The notes beneath the pieces are model-generated. The model saw nothing but the letters and a program-made list of their open reading frames with translations. It did no database searches and was not told the DNA's origin. The translations under genes and the position numbers were made by a program. A stretch of 64,000 nucleotides of DNA from an uncultured Spirochaetota bacterium (GTDB lineage Bacteria; Spirochaetota; B62-G9; DRHN01), in NCBI GenBank assembly GCA_964521865.1, contig CAZFTJ010000005.1:7613-71612 (forward strand), read 5' to 3'. Shown here one piece after another: positions 20,623 to 30,539 of this stretch. Positions within the stretch are counted from its first letter, which is position 1. Every line of letters starts with the position of its first letter.

Positions 20623-20799
20623 ATGCATTCCAGGAAATCTTCAAATCTCCTCCACCTCCAGGTCCGGTACCTGGTCGGTATATTTCAATCCCGTTTTGAT
20701 AGATGCGAAAAAAAGCGCTGCAATAGAAAATTCCAGAAAATTTCTACTCAGGATTGGGATGATGAAAAAATTCTTAATGCGCAGATTATTATATATATC

Positions 20800-21888
20800 T
20801 TACGCACCGAATTTTCTTCTCCGCCACTGATCGAAAACAACAACGCCAATGATTACGAGCCCCATAACAACGCGCTGCCAGAAAGCAGATACATTGAGAA
20901 GGTTAAGACCGTTTCCCAGCACGCCCATGATGATTGCACCGATCAAGCTGCCGATTATAGTCCCCTCGCCGCCGAAGAGGTTGGTTCCGCCGATAACAAC
21001 GGCTGCAATACACTTCAGCTCAACACCTGTTGCCATGAGTGCATTGGCTGAATTCATGCGTCCCGTAAGCACAATACCGGCCATTGCTCCCATCATCCCC
21101 ATTATCATGTATGTTGAAATCTTTATACGATCTACCTTGAGACCGGATACTCGTGCTGCTTCTCGATTTCCACCGACAGCAAATATGGACCTTCCCAATA
21201 CCGTTTGCGACAATACTATCCAGCCTATAAATACGATAAGGATAGCGATAAGCGGTCCGGTTGGAATGCCAAAAAGCTCCTTCCCGCCCATCCATATTAT
21301 GGCGTCAGGCAAATATCCCTTGAGCTCAGTTGCGGTCAAGTGTGAAGGAATCGGCAATCCGCCTGTGACAAGAAGGGCAACACCGCGTGCTGCCTCCATC
21401 ATACCGAGAGTTGCAACAAAATCCGGAATTCGCCCCTTGGCAATAATGATACCGTTTATCGCCCCTGCAACCGTTCCCACAAGAAATCCAATGAGCATTG
21501 CCGACCATGCACTGATTGGCCCAAAAGATACGCCGAGGAAGGTGATGGTCTGTGTCGCAAGCACTGCCATAATCGAAGCAGACACAGCCATTACGGCACC
21601 AACAGAAAGGTCGATCCCTGCACCGATGATTACCATAGTCTGTCCGACTGCAAGGATGATGAGGTATGCATTTTGTTCCCCTATATTTTTTAAGTTGCTT
21701 ACTGTTGCAAAATGAGGAGAAGCGAGTGAAAAGTACAAAACAAGAAAGAGCAGGGCAATGATAGGACCGCCACGAAGCAGCGTCGACCACCCTATAGTAC
21801 GCATACCGACACCTCTTTTCATCCCGAGCTTCACCGATGCTTTTGCATCGGGATTCTTACGCTGCCTCATCCGCCCCTGCATTTTCAT
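20800..21888 (-). CDS. sugar ABC transporter permease (ribose/xylose RbsC-type)
   Basis: 362 aa; multiple TM helices; BPD-transport-2 style composition; 4-bp overlap with the ATPase gene. Confidence 0.85.
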   Translation of the reverse strand: MKMQGRMRQRKNPDAKASVKLGMKRGVGMRTIGWSTLLRGGPIIALLFLVLYFSLASPHFATVSNLKNIGEQNAYLIILAVGQTMVIIGAGIDLSVGAVMAVSASIMAVLATQTITFLGVSFGPISAWSAMLIGFLVGTVAGAINGIIIAKGRIPDFVATLGMMEAARGVALLVTGGLPIPSHLTATELKGYLPDAIIWMGGKELFGIPTGPLIAILIVFIGWIVLSQTVLGRSIFAVGGNREAARVSGLKVDRIKISTYMIMGMMGAMAGIVLTGRMNSANALMATGVELKCIAAVVIGGTNLFGGEGTIIGSLIGAIIMGVLGNGLNLLNVSAFWQRVVMGLVIIGVVVFDQWRRRKFGA

Positions 21889-23381
21889 TCTCCTCCAATT
21901 ACTGCGTATTTTAAAATATCTTCCTGAGTAGCGGTGCCGCGTTTAAAATCCGCAGTTATCGAGCCCCGGCACATAACGAGTATCCTGTCGGCTATTGCCA
22001 GTACCTCAGGGAGTTCAGAAGAGATCATGATGATGCCGACTCCCCTTTTGACCAGTTCGCTCATCAATTTGAACACCTCGGTTTTGGATCCAACGTCTAT
22101 TCCTCGTGTCGGCTCATCGAATATCATTATCTTTGAACGACTGCATATCCACTTTGCGAGAGCAACTTTCTGCTGGTTTCCACCGCTGAGAAATTCAACC
22201 TTCTGATTAAGGCCTGAAGTGTGGATGGTAAGATTTTTTATGTAATTCTGGGCCAGGTTTCTTTCAGTACGATGTTTAAGAAAACCTGCTCTTTTTACCT
22301 GTTTTAAGCTTGCCAGCGTAATGTTCGCCGAAACAGGCAGCCGCGGAACCAGCCCATCTCTTCTGTTTTCTGTAAGAAAACCGATACCGTGCTCGATTGC
22401 GTCCCAGGGAGATGATATTGTAACTTCTTTTCCATCGATAAAAATTTTTCCCCCGTCGATCTTATCGATCCCGAAGATAGCCCGGGCAAACTCCGTACGG
22501 CCGGCACCCATAAGACCGGAAATTCCTAATATTTCTCCTTCATGGAGGGTTAAACCGATATTATGGAGCTTCTCCTTTACGCTCAGTTTCTCTACTCTGA
22601 AGACTTCCCGGCCGATTTTAACCTCTTCCTTTGGAAATTGCTCCTTTAACTCTCTTCCCACCATCATTCTTATCAATGTACCCGTATCAGCCTTATCCAC
22701 CCCTAATGTCCCGATGGTTTTCCCATCTCTGAGCACTGTAACTCTCTGTCCGATCTGTTTAACCTCATCGAGCCTGTGCGACACATACACAACGCCGACG
22801 CCACGCTTCTGGAGCTGTCTTATTATCTCAAATAATCTCTCCCTCTCCTCTGCAGAAAGTGCGGATGTCGGTTCATCGAGAAGCAGGATGCGAACATGTA
22901 TGGAGAGTACTTTTGCTATTTCGACAAGCTGACGCTCAGCCATTCCGAGCGCCCTGATCCGCTGCCTCGGGTTCACATGAACTCCAAAACCATTGAACAG
23001 TGTATAGGTCTCATCGTATAGCCGGGACCAGTAAACGATCCCTGTTTTTCTTTTAGGAAACCTGCCCAGAAATATGTTCTCAGCCACACTGAGACTGGGA
23101 ATAAGACTCAATTCCTGATAGACCATTCCTATCCCGAGATCCCTGGCATGGTATGGGTTTTCAATCTCTACTTCCTGATCCTGGATAATTATTCGACCGC
23201 TATCCTTAGCGAGAGTACCACTGAAAATTTTCATCAAGGTAGATTTTCCGGCTCCGTTTTCTCCAAGTAATATATGCACCTCTCCAGGTATAAGATCGAA
23301 GTCGACATGATCGATTGCATGAACGCCTGGAAAGCTTTTGTCGATGCTCTCCGCCTTTAAAAGGAAAGATGCCTCTTGCAT
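21885..23381 (-). CDS. sugar ABC transporter ATP-binding protein with two fused ABC domains (RbsA/MglA-type)
   Basis: 498 aa; two Walker A motifs (GENGAGKST; GLMGAGRTE) and two LSGG signature motifs. Confidence 0.9.
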   Translation of the reverse strand: MQEASFLLKAESIDKSFPGVHAIDHVDFDLIPGEVHILLGENGAGKSTLMKIFSGTLAKDSGRIIIQDQEVEIENPYHARDLGIGMVYQELSLIPSLSVAENIFLGRFPKRKTGIVYWSRLYDETYTLFNGFGVHVNPRQRIRALGMAERQLVEIAKVLSIHVRILLLDEPTSALSAEERERLFEIIRQLQKRGVGVVYVSHRLDEVKQIGQRVTVLRDGKTIGTLGVDKADTGTLIRMMVGRELKEQFPKEEVKIGREVFRVEKLSVKEKLHNIGLTLHEGEILGISGLMGAGRTEFARAIFGIDKIDGGKIFIDGKEVTISSPWDAIEHGIGFLTENRRDGLVPRLPVSANITLASLKQVKRAGFLKHRTERNLAQNYIKNLTIHTSGLNQKVEFLSGGNQQKVALAKWICSRSKIMIFDEPTRGIDVGSKTEVFKLMSELVKRGVGIIMISSELPEVLAIADRILVMCRGSITADFKRGTATQEDILKYAVIGGE

Positions 23382-23430
23382 ATTATACTTCCTCTTCGTG
23401 TATAGTTATTTGAACGCTTCGCATCCGGAG

Positions 23431-24192
23431 TTATTGAGCAGTATAACCTCCATCTACGGAAAGAACCGAACCTATCGTATATTTTGATTCATCTGAAGCC
23501 AGAAAGAGAATACCGGTTGCTATTTCCTCCGGCTTTCCCATTCGCTTCAATGGACGATCATCCGATAAAACTCTTCGCGTCTCTTCAGGGTCCTCTGAGT
23601 TATCTATTATCTTTTCAACAAGAGGCGTCAATGTTCTTCCCGGACATATGCAATTTATCCGAATATTTTTTGTTGCAAAATCAACGGCAGTGCTCCTTGT
23701 CAGTGCAATGACCCCGCTTTTCGACACATTATATGCCACCTGATTTGCTATTCCAACCAGACCTGCTTCAGATGCTATATTAACAACAGATCCGCCGCCG
23801 CCTTTAACCATATATGGAATACAATACTTCATGCAGAGGAATATTCCAAGGAGGTTTATTCCCAGGATACGATTCCAGGTCTCTTCCGGTGTACTGACCA
23901 CATCGCCTTCTGAAAAGATTCCTGCAACATTGATGAGTATGTCCAGTCTCCCATATGTATCGACTGTGACCTTCACCATATTCAGGACGTGCGACGAGTT
24001 GGAAACATCAGCAGGAATAAAAATCGCACTTCCGCCCATCTCCTTTATCATACTGACTGTTCTTTCACCCGCTTTCTCATCGATATCAACGACAACAACC
24101 TTTGCACCTTCTTGTGTAAAAAGCAATGCCGTGGTTCTCCCGATTCCGGAACCGGCGCCTGTAATTATTGCAACCTTATCTACCAGTTTCAT
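23431..24192 (-). CDS. SDR family oxidoreductase
   Basis: TGAGSGIG cofactor motif; catalytic Y..K; 253 aa. Confidence 0.85.
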   Translation of the reverse strand: MKLVDKVAIITGAGSGIGRTTALLFTQEGAKVVVVDIDEKAGERTVSMIKEMGGSAIFIPADVSNSSHVLNMVKVTVDTYGRLDILINVAGIFSEGDVVSTPEETWNRILGINLLGIFLCMKYCIPYMVKGGGGSVVNIASEAGLVGIANQVAYNVSKSGVIALTRSTAVDFATKNIRINCICPGRTLTPLVEKIIDNSEDPEETRRVLSDDRPLKRMGKPEEIATGILFLASDESKYTIGSVLSVDGGYTAQ

Positions 24193-24259
24193 CTTCTTCT
24201 TCCTTAATAAAAAAATAGGGATAGAAACCCTTGCAGGTTCCTATCCCCATCAACGACCC

Positions 24260-25456
24260 TTACTTTACCCGGGGTGAACCACCCGCCTTAATGGTGGCCC
24301 AGTCAATGGGCTCGAGTGCAGGTGTTGGATAGAAGAGTCTGGCGTTATCCTTGTACATCGTGCGCGGTCTGATATCAAATATATAAGGAACGTCCCCACC
24401 CATTACAAGGGTAACCGCAAACTCCGTTCCATACCATCCCCACTCGGGGAACCCGTGATGCGTTTCAGCAACCATCTTGCCTTCTGCAACCCGGTCAGCT
24501 GATTCCGGGGTTACATCATTCGTGAATACAGCGACGTATTTATCCCCTATATCTCCTTTACCTGCACGTTCCAGTCTTCCGGCAGCATCACACGCCAGCA
24601 TTGCTCCAAGTCCCATCTCATTGGAAGCAGCCCATATTGCATCGAGTGTTCCCGGCGGGTTTGCAGTCAGGAAATCCTCGGCAGCCTTGATACCCTTTTC
24701 TCTGTTCCAGTCTGCAGGAAGGGTCCCCACCACTTCAATGCCTGGAAAGGGATCTACCACTTCGTGGAAGCCGTTCAAACGGGCAGTAGAAAAGAAACCG
24801 CCTGCGATTCCCTCGATGATTGCTACCCTTGCCTCAATGTCCGCTGTTTTGGGATTAACATCCTTGTAGAGGTTTTTCCACCACGCAAGGTCAAGATACG
24901 TGCCGGGTTCAATATCTACCATTTTCCCCTTTCCGAGTACTCCGGGCCCCCCAAAGTAATCGAGCAGAGCGTATGCAGAAATTCTGCCGGCATCTGTGTT
25001 GTCAAATCCTATGTATGACGCTACTTCAACTCCGGGAATGGGCTCAAGCAGGTTTACGATAATAACCGGAATCCCCTTTTCATTGGCCTTCTTTACCGCC
25101 GGCTTGATGACCTCTACTTCGATCGGAGAAATTGCAATAGCATCAACGTTTCTCTCAACATAGTCTTCGATAATGGCTACCTGGTCTGCAAATGCAACGT
25201 GGGTAGCAGGCGACTGGGATATAACTTCAACATCAATACCGTTTGCAGCAGCATCTGCAGCAGCTTTCTCGAAGTAATCGGTTGCCGTTTTGAAAACCCC
25301 GGTAATATCCGGCGGTGTCCATCCGATCGTGATCTTTTCCGCCTCCTTTTTCCCTGCAGCAAGAATTCTCACATCACGCGTTTGAAGAAGAATCATACCT
25401 GCAAGAAAAACCAGAACTGTGGATGCAATAATGATGATTTTTGTTTTGCCTTTCAT
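24260..25456 (-). CDS. sugar ABC transporter periplasmic substrate-binding protein (RbsB-like, extended)
   Basis: Start moved to MKGKTKIIII (AAAGGAGGGG RBS) from the track start at 25531; signal peptide/TM; periplasmic-binding-protein type-I composition. Confidence 0.75.
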   Translation of the reverse strand: MKGKTKIIIIASTVLVFLAGMILLQTRDVRILAAGKKEAEKITIGWTPPDITGVFKTATDYFEKAAADAAANGIDVEVISQSPATHVAFADQVAIIEDYVERNVDAIAISPIEVEVIKPAVKKANEKGIPVIIVNLLEPIPGVEVASYIGFDNTDAGRISAYALLDYFGGPGVLGKGKMVDIEPGTYLDLAWWKNLYKDVNPKTADIEARVAIIEGIAGGFFSTARLNGFHEVVDPFPGIEVVGTLPADWNREKGIKAAEDFLTANPPGTLDAIWAASNEMGLGAMLACDAAGRLERAGKGDIGDKYVAVFTNDVTPESADRVAEGKMVAETHHGFPEWGWYGTEFAVTLVMGGDVPYIFDIRPRTMYKDNARLFYPTPALEPIDWATIKAGGSPRVK

Positions 25457-25823
25457 GATGCCCCTCCTTTGAAAAATAGATTTATATACACAAAGCAGGT
25501 CACATTGAATCCGCTTTACAATGCAGGACACAGCTTTTAGGTGTATAGCCTTATAAATAACAGTGGCGATTAAACGGTGCAGTGCAATTAAAAATCAAAA
25601 TTCGGAGCTTTATTCACGCAGGGATACACATGGTGTTATACCACTATTAATTTACCTACTCTTAACCGCTATTTCATATTATTGTATCACCAAATAAAAG
25701 TCTGTCAAATAAATTTTTTTTTTTATAATAATATTCAATCTTATTTTTTTCGATAACTCATTACCAAATACCGACGGTCGGTTGTGTTCGATATAAATTG
25801 TCTGCCGGTAAAAGGAGCAAATT

Positions 25824-26231
25824 TTGCGCCCCGGCGATTACGCATTTTCCAATCTGTACAATAAAATGCTTGTAGTTGCGGAGGATACGGTGGGCAGGCA
25901 AGATCTTTTGTACCCTGCGTGCAGCCCGGATATGTACCGCTACCAGTACGGCTTCACCGGGCATCATCCAACCTGCCTTGAAAATCTATATACCGCTCTC
26001 CGCGATTATGCAATACGTATCGATGAAATTCCAGGCCCGATAAACCTATTCATGAATTCCCGTGTATCCCCGGACGGAACCATCCGGATTGACGAGCCGT
26101 GTTCGAAAGCAGGGGATTACGTATCCCTCAAGGCCGAAATGGATATGATCGTGGCGGTATCCGCATGCTCCGTAAAAGAAAGCGCATTAAACGCCTGCGA
26201 ATGCAGACCGATAAAAATAATTTTTGTATAA
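25824..26231 (+). CDS. DUF1989-like (urea-carboxylase-associated family) small protein; TTG start
   Basis: TTG start 6 nt after an AAAGGAG RBS; blocks PACSPDMY..GHHPTCLENL, NLFMNSRVSPDG, GDYVSLKAEMDMIVAVSACS recalled as DUF1989-like. Confidence 0.4.
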   Translation: MRPGDYAFSNLYNKMLVVAEDTVGRQDLLYPACSPDMYRYQYGFTGHHPTCLENLYTALRDYAIRIDEIPGPINLFMNSRVSPDGTIRIDEPCSKAGDYVSLKAEMDMIVAVSACSVKESALNACECRPIKIIFV

Positions 26232-26426
26232 CGATGATCTGCAAACGGTTCAAAGTGCGGGTTGTTATCCATCCGGAGTACAGCACTTTTTCCGGCTTTT
26301 TTCAACACAAACCGTTATATTATATATATCACCACGCTTCCTGTTCCCGGATTTTAATACTCCACCGTTGAATAACGATCGTGTTGAAACAAAACCTGCA
26401 GCACACTGAAGAGAGGAACCGTCGAT

Positions 26427-27002
26427 ATGACAAGGCAATTCGACCCCAAACACATGCACAAACTGGACTCGCCGGAAAGAAGGAAAATACTGCCCCCGGA
26501 AGAGATTCTGCACAAACTGAATCTTTCAGAAGGAGATATTTTTATCGACATCGGCTGCGGAACCGGATATTTCTCGATTCCTGCATCGAAAATCGTCGGT
26601 CCGAAAAGCCGGGTGATTGCCCTCGATATATCGATAGAAATGATCAAAGAATTGAACGACAGAATATCCGCAGGTAATATTAAAAATATTACCGTCATAC
26701 AGTCCGAAAAATACAAACTCCCAATCCCGGACGAAACAGGAACATTCGCGCTCGCTTCAAGCGTTTTGCATGAAGTTGAGGATAGAAAAGGGTTTCTCCT
26801 TGAAGTCTACAGAGCTCTGTGCACAACCGGCAGACTGGGGGTAATTGAGTGGCAGAAAAAAGAGACGCCCGAAGGACCTCCGATTGAACACAAACTGGGT
26901 CCGGCCGAAGTGCATCTCGCAATAGAAGAAGCCGGGTTTCAATTTGAAACGTCTTTTCCTATCGGTGATTTTTTTATTGTATATACGGCGATTAAGAGGT
27001 GA
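26427..27002 (+). CDS. class I SAM-dependent methyltransferase
   Basis: Motif I IDIGCGTGYFS; 191 aa. Confidence 0.75.
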   Translation: MTRQFDPKHMHKLDSPERRKILPPEEILHKLNLSEGDIFIDIGCGTGYFSIPASKIVGPKSRVIALDISIEMIKELNDRISAGNIKNITVIQSEKYKLPIPDETGTFALASSVLHEVEDRKGFLLEVYRALCTTGRLGVIEWQKKETPEGPPIEHKLGPAEVHLAIEEAGFQFETSFPIGDFFIVYTAIKR

Positions 27003-27090
27003 TGCTCGCTGAAGTGCCGATATATTGCGGCCGCAATGATAACGCCCTCTGCTTCAACCGGCAGCAGGCACTTTGCCTGAAAACCCCCTC

Positions 27091-27516
27091 TTATACCCGG
27101 AGCTTCGCTTCCATCGTAATATTCGCATTCAACAATTTAGATACCGGGCATCCGGTTTTTGCATCGTTTGCCGCTTTTTCAAAGGTCATCCGATCCGCAC
27201 CGGGAATTTTTGCCGTTACGTCTAAATGGACTGCCGTAACTGCAAATCCTGTACCGGTTTTCTCGAGTGTAACAGCCGCCCTGGTGTCAATGCTCTCTGC
27301 CGTTAAACCGGCATTGTCCAATTCACCGGAAAGAGCCATGGAAAAACAGCCCGCATGAGCTGCTGCAATCAATTCTTCCGGATTGGTGCCCTTGTCGTTC
27401 TCGAAACGAGTACCGAACGAATACCGGGCGTCAGAAAGAACACCGCTTTGGGTGGAGAGTTTCCCTCGCCCGTTTTTTAGTCCGCCTTTCCATACAGCCG
27501 AACCTTCACGTTTCAT
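27091..27516 (-). CDS. OsmC/Ohr family peroxiredoxin-like protein
   Basis: 141 aa; conserved Cys pair AHAGCFS ... KTGCPVS typical of the OsmC family. Confidence 0.85.
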   Translation of the reverse strand: MKREGSAVWKGGLKNGRGKLSTQSGVLSDARYSFGTRFENDKGTNPEELIAAAHAGCFSMALSGELDNAGLTAESIDTRAAVTLEKTGTGFAVTAVHLDVTAKIPGADRMTFEKAANDAKTGCPVSKLLNANITMEAKLRV

Positions 27517-27923
27517 GGCTTCCTCCTATACGATAATGATTCGGAAGTTTCTCGTCCGAATACCGCCGCCTGCTTCGGCCTTTTGCTATTAATGACAATA
27601 GTATGTTCCGTGGAAACAGGAAAGCAAAATTTTCCTTTCAGCAAATCGAATGAAAAAGCGCGCTCTTTTTATAAATTTAATACCCCGTTTTGTCCGATTC
27701 AATGATCCGTCTGCGATGTGAGCAGGATACATTCTCACAGTTTCATCGCCATTTCGAGGTATTGAGGCCGGGCTGCAACAAATTCTCAGTAAACAGTTCG
27801 CATCCCGATAAAAAATATAATATACAGTAAAGAACGCGTATGGTATTGTTGTAATTGTTACTATCATAGTATCCTTTTAGTATAAATAAAGAAGATAGAG
27901 CTCAAGAGAGGTGAAGGAAATTT

Positions 27924-29042
27924 ATGCGTGAAAAACAAACGATACTTATTGTCGACGACATCGACGCCAACAGGAAGATGCTCAGCACGTTTCTCACCCC
28001 CATGGGATATTCCATTGTCGAGGCGGCGGACGGTGAGGAGGCTCTCGAACGTTTTCAGGCACATCATCCCGACCTCCTGATACTCGACCTCAATATGCCG
28101 AAGATGGATGGTTTTGAGGTTTGCCGAAGATTGAAATCGGATCCTGAAACAAAAATGGTGCCCATTATTGTCATTACCGGCCTCGGGGACGACAAAAGCC
28201 ACCTCAAAGCTCTCGAAACAGGGGCCGATGATTTTCTGGCAAAGCCTTTCAATATACATTTCTTAAAGGCACGGCTCAAATCCGCCCTATCGTTGAAAAA
28301 ACTGCACGATATAAACATCGAGTACCAGAACAGTTTAAAAAAGAGCAATATCGAGCTCATGCAGAAAGTGATCGCCACCCAGGATGTGACGATAGTAGCC
28401 TTGGCAAAGCTGGCTGAGTTCCGGGACCCTGAAACCGGCGAGCACCTTGAGAGGATGCGAGAGTACGCAAGGATACTTGCGCACGGACTGCAGAATATCG
28501 GGAAGTACAATAAATACATAGACGACAATTATATAGACAGTATATACAAATCAACTCCGCTTCATGATATTGGAAAGGTCGGCATACCCGACAGCATACT
28601 CCGCAAACCGGGTAAGCTCACACCGGAAGAGTTCGAGATAATGAAGCGGCACAGTGAAATAGGCGGCGATGCAATAGCTTCCGCAATCAAGCTTGCCGGT
28701 ATGGAGAGATCGTTTCTGGATATGGGACAAGCTATCGCCTATCATCACCATGAAAGGTGGGATGGTAACGGCTATCCCAGGGGCTTGCAGGGTGAACATA
28801 TTCCCCTTTCCGCACGCATAGCGGCCTTTGCCGACGTATACGATGCCCTTACCACAAAGAGGGTTTACAAACCGGCCTTTTCTCACCAGAAATCAAAAGT
28901 CATCCTCGTTGAGGGATCCTGCACTGCATTCGATCCGGATATCGTGAAAGCATTTCTGGGGAAAGAAAAAGAGTTCGTTGCGATCAAAGAGGAGTATAAG
29001 GATAATCCCCGAAAAGGGCTTTCCCCGGTTTCCCAACAATAA
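27924..29042 (+). CDS. response regulator with an HD-GYP c-di-GMP phosphodiesterase output domain
   Basis: REC domain (ILIVDD.., D in LILDLNMP, K at the end); HD motif LHDIGKVG; HHERWDGNGYP (HD-GYP signature). Confidence 0.9.
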   Translation: MREKQTILIVDDIDANRKMLSTFLTPMGYSIVEAADGEEALERFQAHHPDLLILDLNMPKMDGFEVCRRLKSDPETKMVPIIVITGLGDDKSHLKALETGADDFLAKPFNIHFLKARLKSALSLKKLHDINIEYQNSLKKSNIELMQKVIATQDVTIVALAKLAEFRDPETGEHLERMREYARILAHGLQNIGKYNKYIDDNYIDSIYKSTPLHDIGKVGIPDSILRKPGKLTPEEFEIMKRHSEIGGDAIASAIKLAGMERSFLDMGQAIAYHHHERWDGNGYPRGLQGEHIPLSARIAAFADVYDALTTKRVYKPAFSHQKSKVILVEGSCTAFDPDIVKAFLGKEKEFVAIKEEYKDNPRKGLSPVSQQ

Positions 29043-29100
29043 ATGGCGGTAATAAGAACGAAAACGTGCCTTAATATCGTGTGAACACGGTATCGGTACC

Positions 29101-29412
29101 GTTGGCCGTCATCGTAAGTTGGCTTCCGGAAACGCTTATTGGGAATGTATACGGCGCCTACCCCCAGTTAGGCGTAATTTGGTCGTCGATAAATGTCTGC
29201 CAGGAAAGGTCTGTGTCGTCTATCCATGTTGTACCGTCGTCTCCCCTCTCGAGCGTCACCGTGATCGAACTGTCGCCGGTCGTATAGCTTCCCATAATGC
29301 CCCATACCATTACCCCGCCGCTGTCCAGATCGAAGGTCAATATCTCAATGTGATGTCTGTCCATGGTGCAGTCTGTCTTTGTGTTTGTGGAATCATATAC
29401 CGACGTTTCGTA
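29101..29412 (-). pseudogene. degenerate tandem paralog of the upstream lipoprotein (in-frame TGA at 29413-29415, then a downstream frameshift)
   Basis: The 16 codons after the TGA and the 68-aa ORF 29158..29364 are about 45 % identical to ORF 29413..29904 (FDLDSGGVMVWGIMGSYTTGDSSITVTL vs YDLESSAFVWGVNGSYEESGNTLTVTV); no signal peptide; homology continues in another frame after its TAA. Confidence 0.5.
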
Positions 29413-29904
29413 TCATGCGCCGATATGGTTCAGAGATGCGCTCACCTGCGTATACGTGATTGTCTCGCCGTTCATGGTAAGAGTGAGATCGTTTCCGGAG
29501 ACCGAATAGGTCATAGTGTACGGCTGGGCTCCCCAGAATTCGTCGAGGGTTGCAAGAAATTCATTCCAGTACGCACTGTTGCTGTCCATCCAGCTTTGCT
29601 CCAGATACCCATCTTTTACGGTGACGGTCAATGTGTTGCCGGATTCCTCATAACTGCCGTTTACCCCCCATACAAACGCCGAGCTTTCAAGGTCATAACT
29701 CAGCATCTGGATTTCCTTCTCGCCCAGAATAAAGGTCGTTTCAATGTCCGTGGAATCCCATACAATCGTTGTGTACCACACCCCCAGGGCCGAATCAATA
29801 CCGCTTTCTTTACCTTCACATGAAGAGCAGAGAGCAAGGCCCGCGGAAAACAGCACAAACAGAATAATCAATACCGCCGCACCGTACCATAGCCTTCGTT
29901 TCAT
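29413..29904 (-). CDS. small secreted lipoprotein with internal repeat, unknown function
   Basis: Signal peptide MKRRLWYGAAVLIILFVLFSAGLALCSSC; 163 aa; first copy of a tandem pair. Confidence 0.55.
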   Translation of the reverse strand: MKRRLWYGAAVLIILFVLFSAGLALCSSCEGKESGIDSALGVWYTTIVWDSTDIETTFILGEKEIQMLSYDLESSAFVWGVNGSYEESGNTLTVTVKDGYLEQSWMDSNSAYWNEFLATLDEFWGAQPYTMTYSVSGNDLTLTMNGETITYTQVSASLNHIGA

Positions 29905-30168
29905 AACACCCTCCTCTTATTGATGTATTTCCTCCTGTTATGCAAAATAAAACAGACGAATAGGAAAAATCGCGTATAAAATTGTAAGTATCATGAAATT
30001 GTTTACACATTATACCATTTTACCGGAAACAATAAAGAATAAAAGATTCGGTATAGGCACAGGAATTGCCTACTGGATTTTAATCGTGGGGGAAATCTCT
30101 TTCTGCTGAAATTCGCAAACGAAGGCAGACCGAAGTCGGCAGTGAACGATGTATTGTATAAACAGCAA

Positions 30169-30375
30169 TCAATCGGAATACGGGTTAAAAATCAACCTGC
30201 GGTCCTGCATCGAAGATCCATGGCCCGCAGAAACGGGCGATACATCCGCATACCGTACCGGGATGGATCGCTTTTCCGAGGCGCTTACCGTATTATGATT
30301 TCTGTTTGAAATAAAGATACCAAGACTCACGAGAAGGGTGAGTGCGGCAAGGAATACAAGCACTCTGATTATCAC
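30169..30375 (-). CDS. possible small single-TM membrane protein (68 aa), GTG start
   Basis: GGGAGG RBS about 10 nt upstream of a GTG; one hydrophobic helix; immediately downstream of acnA on the same strand. Confidence 0.25.
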   Translation of the reverse strand: MIIRVLVFLAALTLLVSLGIFISNRNHNTVSASEKRSIPVRYADVSPVSAGHGSSMQDRRLIFNPYSD

Positions 30376-30539
30376 TTCCCTGTTACCTCCCGCGTTATAA
30401 GCTTACCGATTGCCTGCAGCTTTACCCTTTAAAACACCGAAACAACTCTATATATATTTTCGTTACCCACGGATGAAGAGTTTACATCTTTTTATTCGGC
30501 GATTATCGGCCGGCAGTATACCGCATAGTATGCACAATG

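Noticed and set aside
20849-21715. 288-aa plus-strand ORF
   Set aside because: It is antisense to the ABC permease gene. The translation is Pro/Ile-rich and repetitive, and looks like shadow-ORF composition.
29413-29415. TGA recoding (selenocysteine or Gly-coding TGA) to explain the in-frame stop in the lipoprotein repeat
   Set aside because: TGA functions as a normal stop for many well-aligned genes in the window. There is no SECIS-like hairpin. The downstream copy also has a frameshift, so a pseudogene is the simpler explanation.
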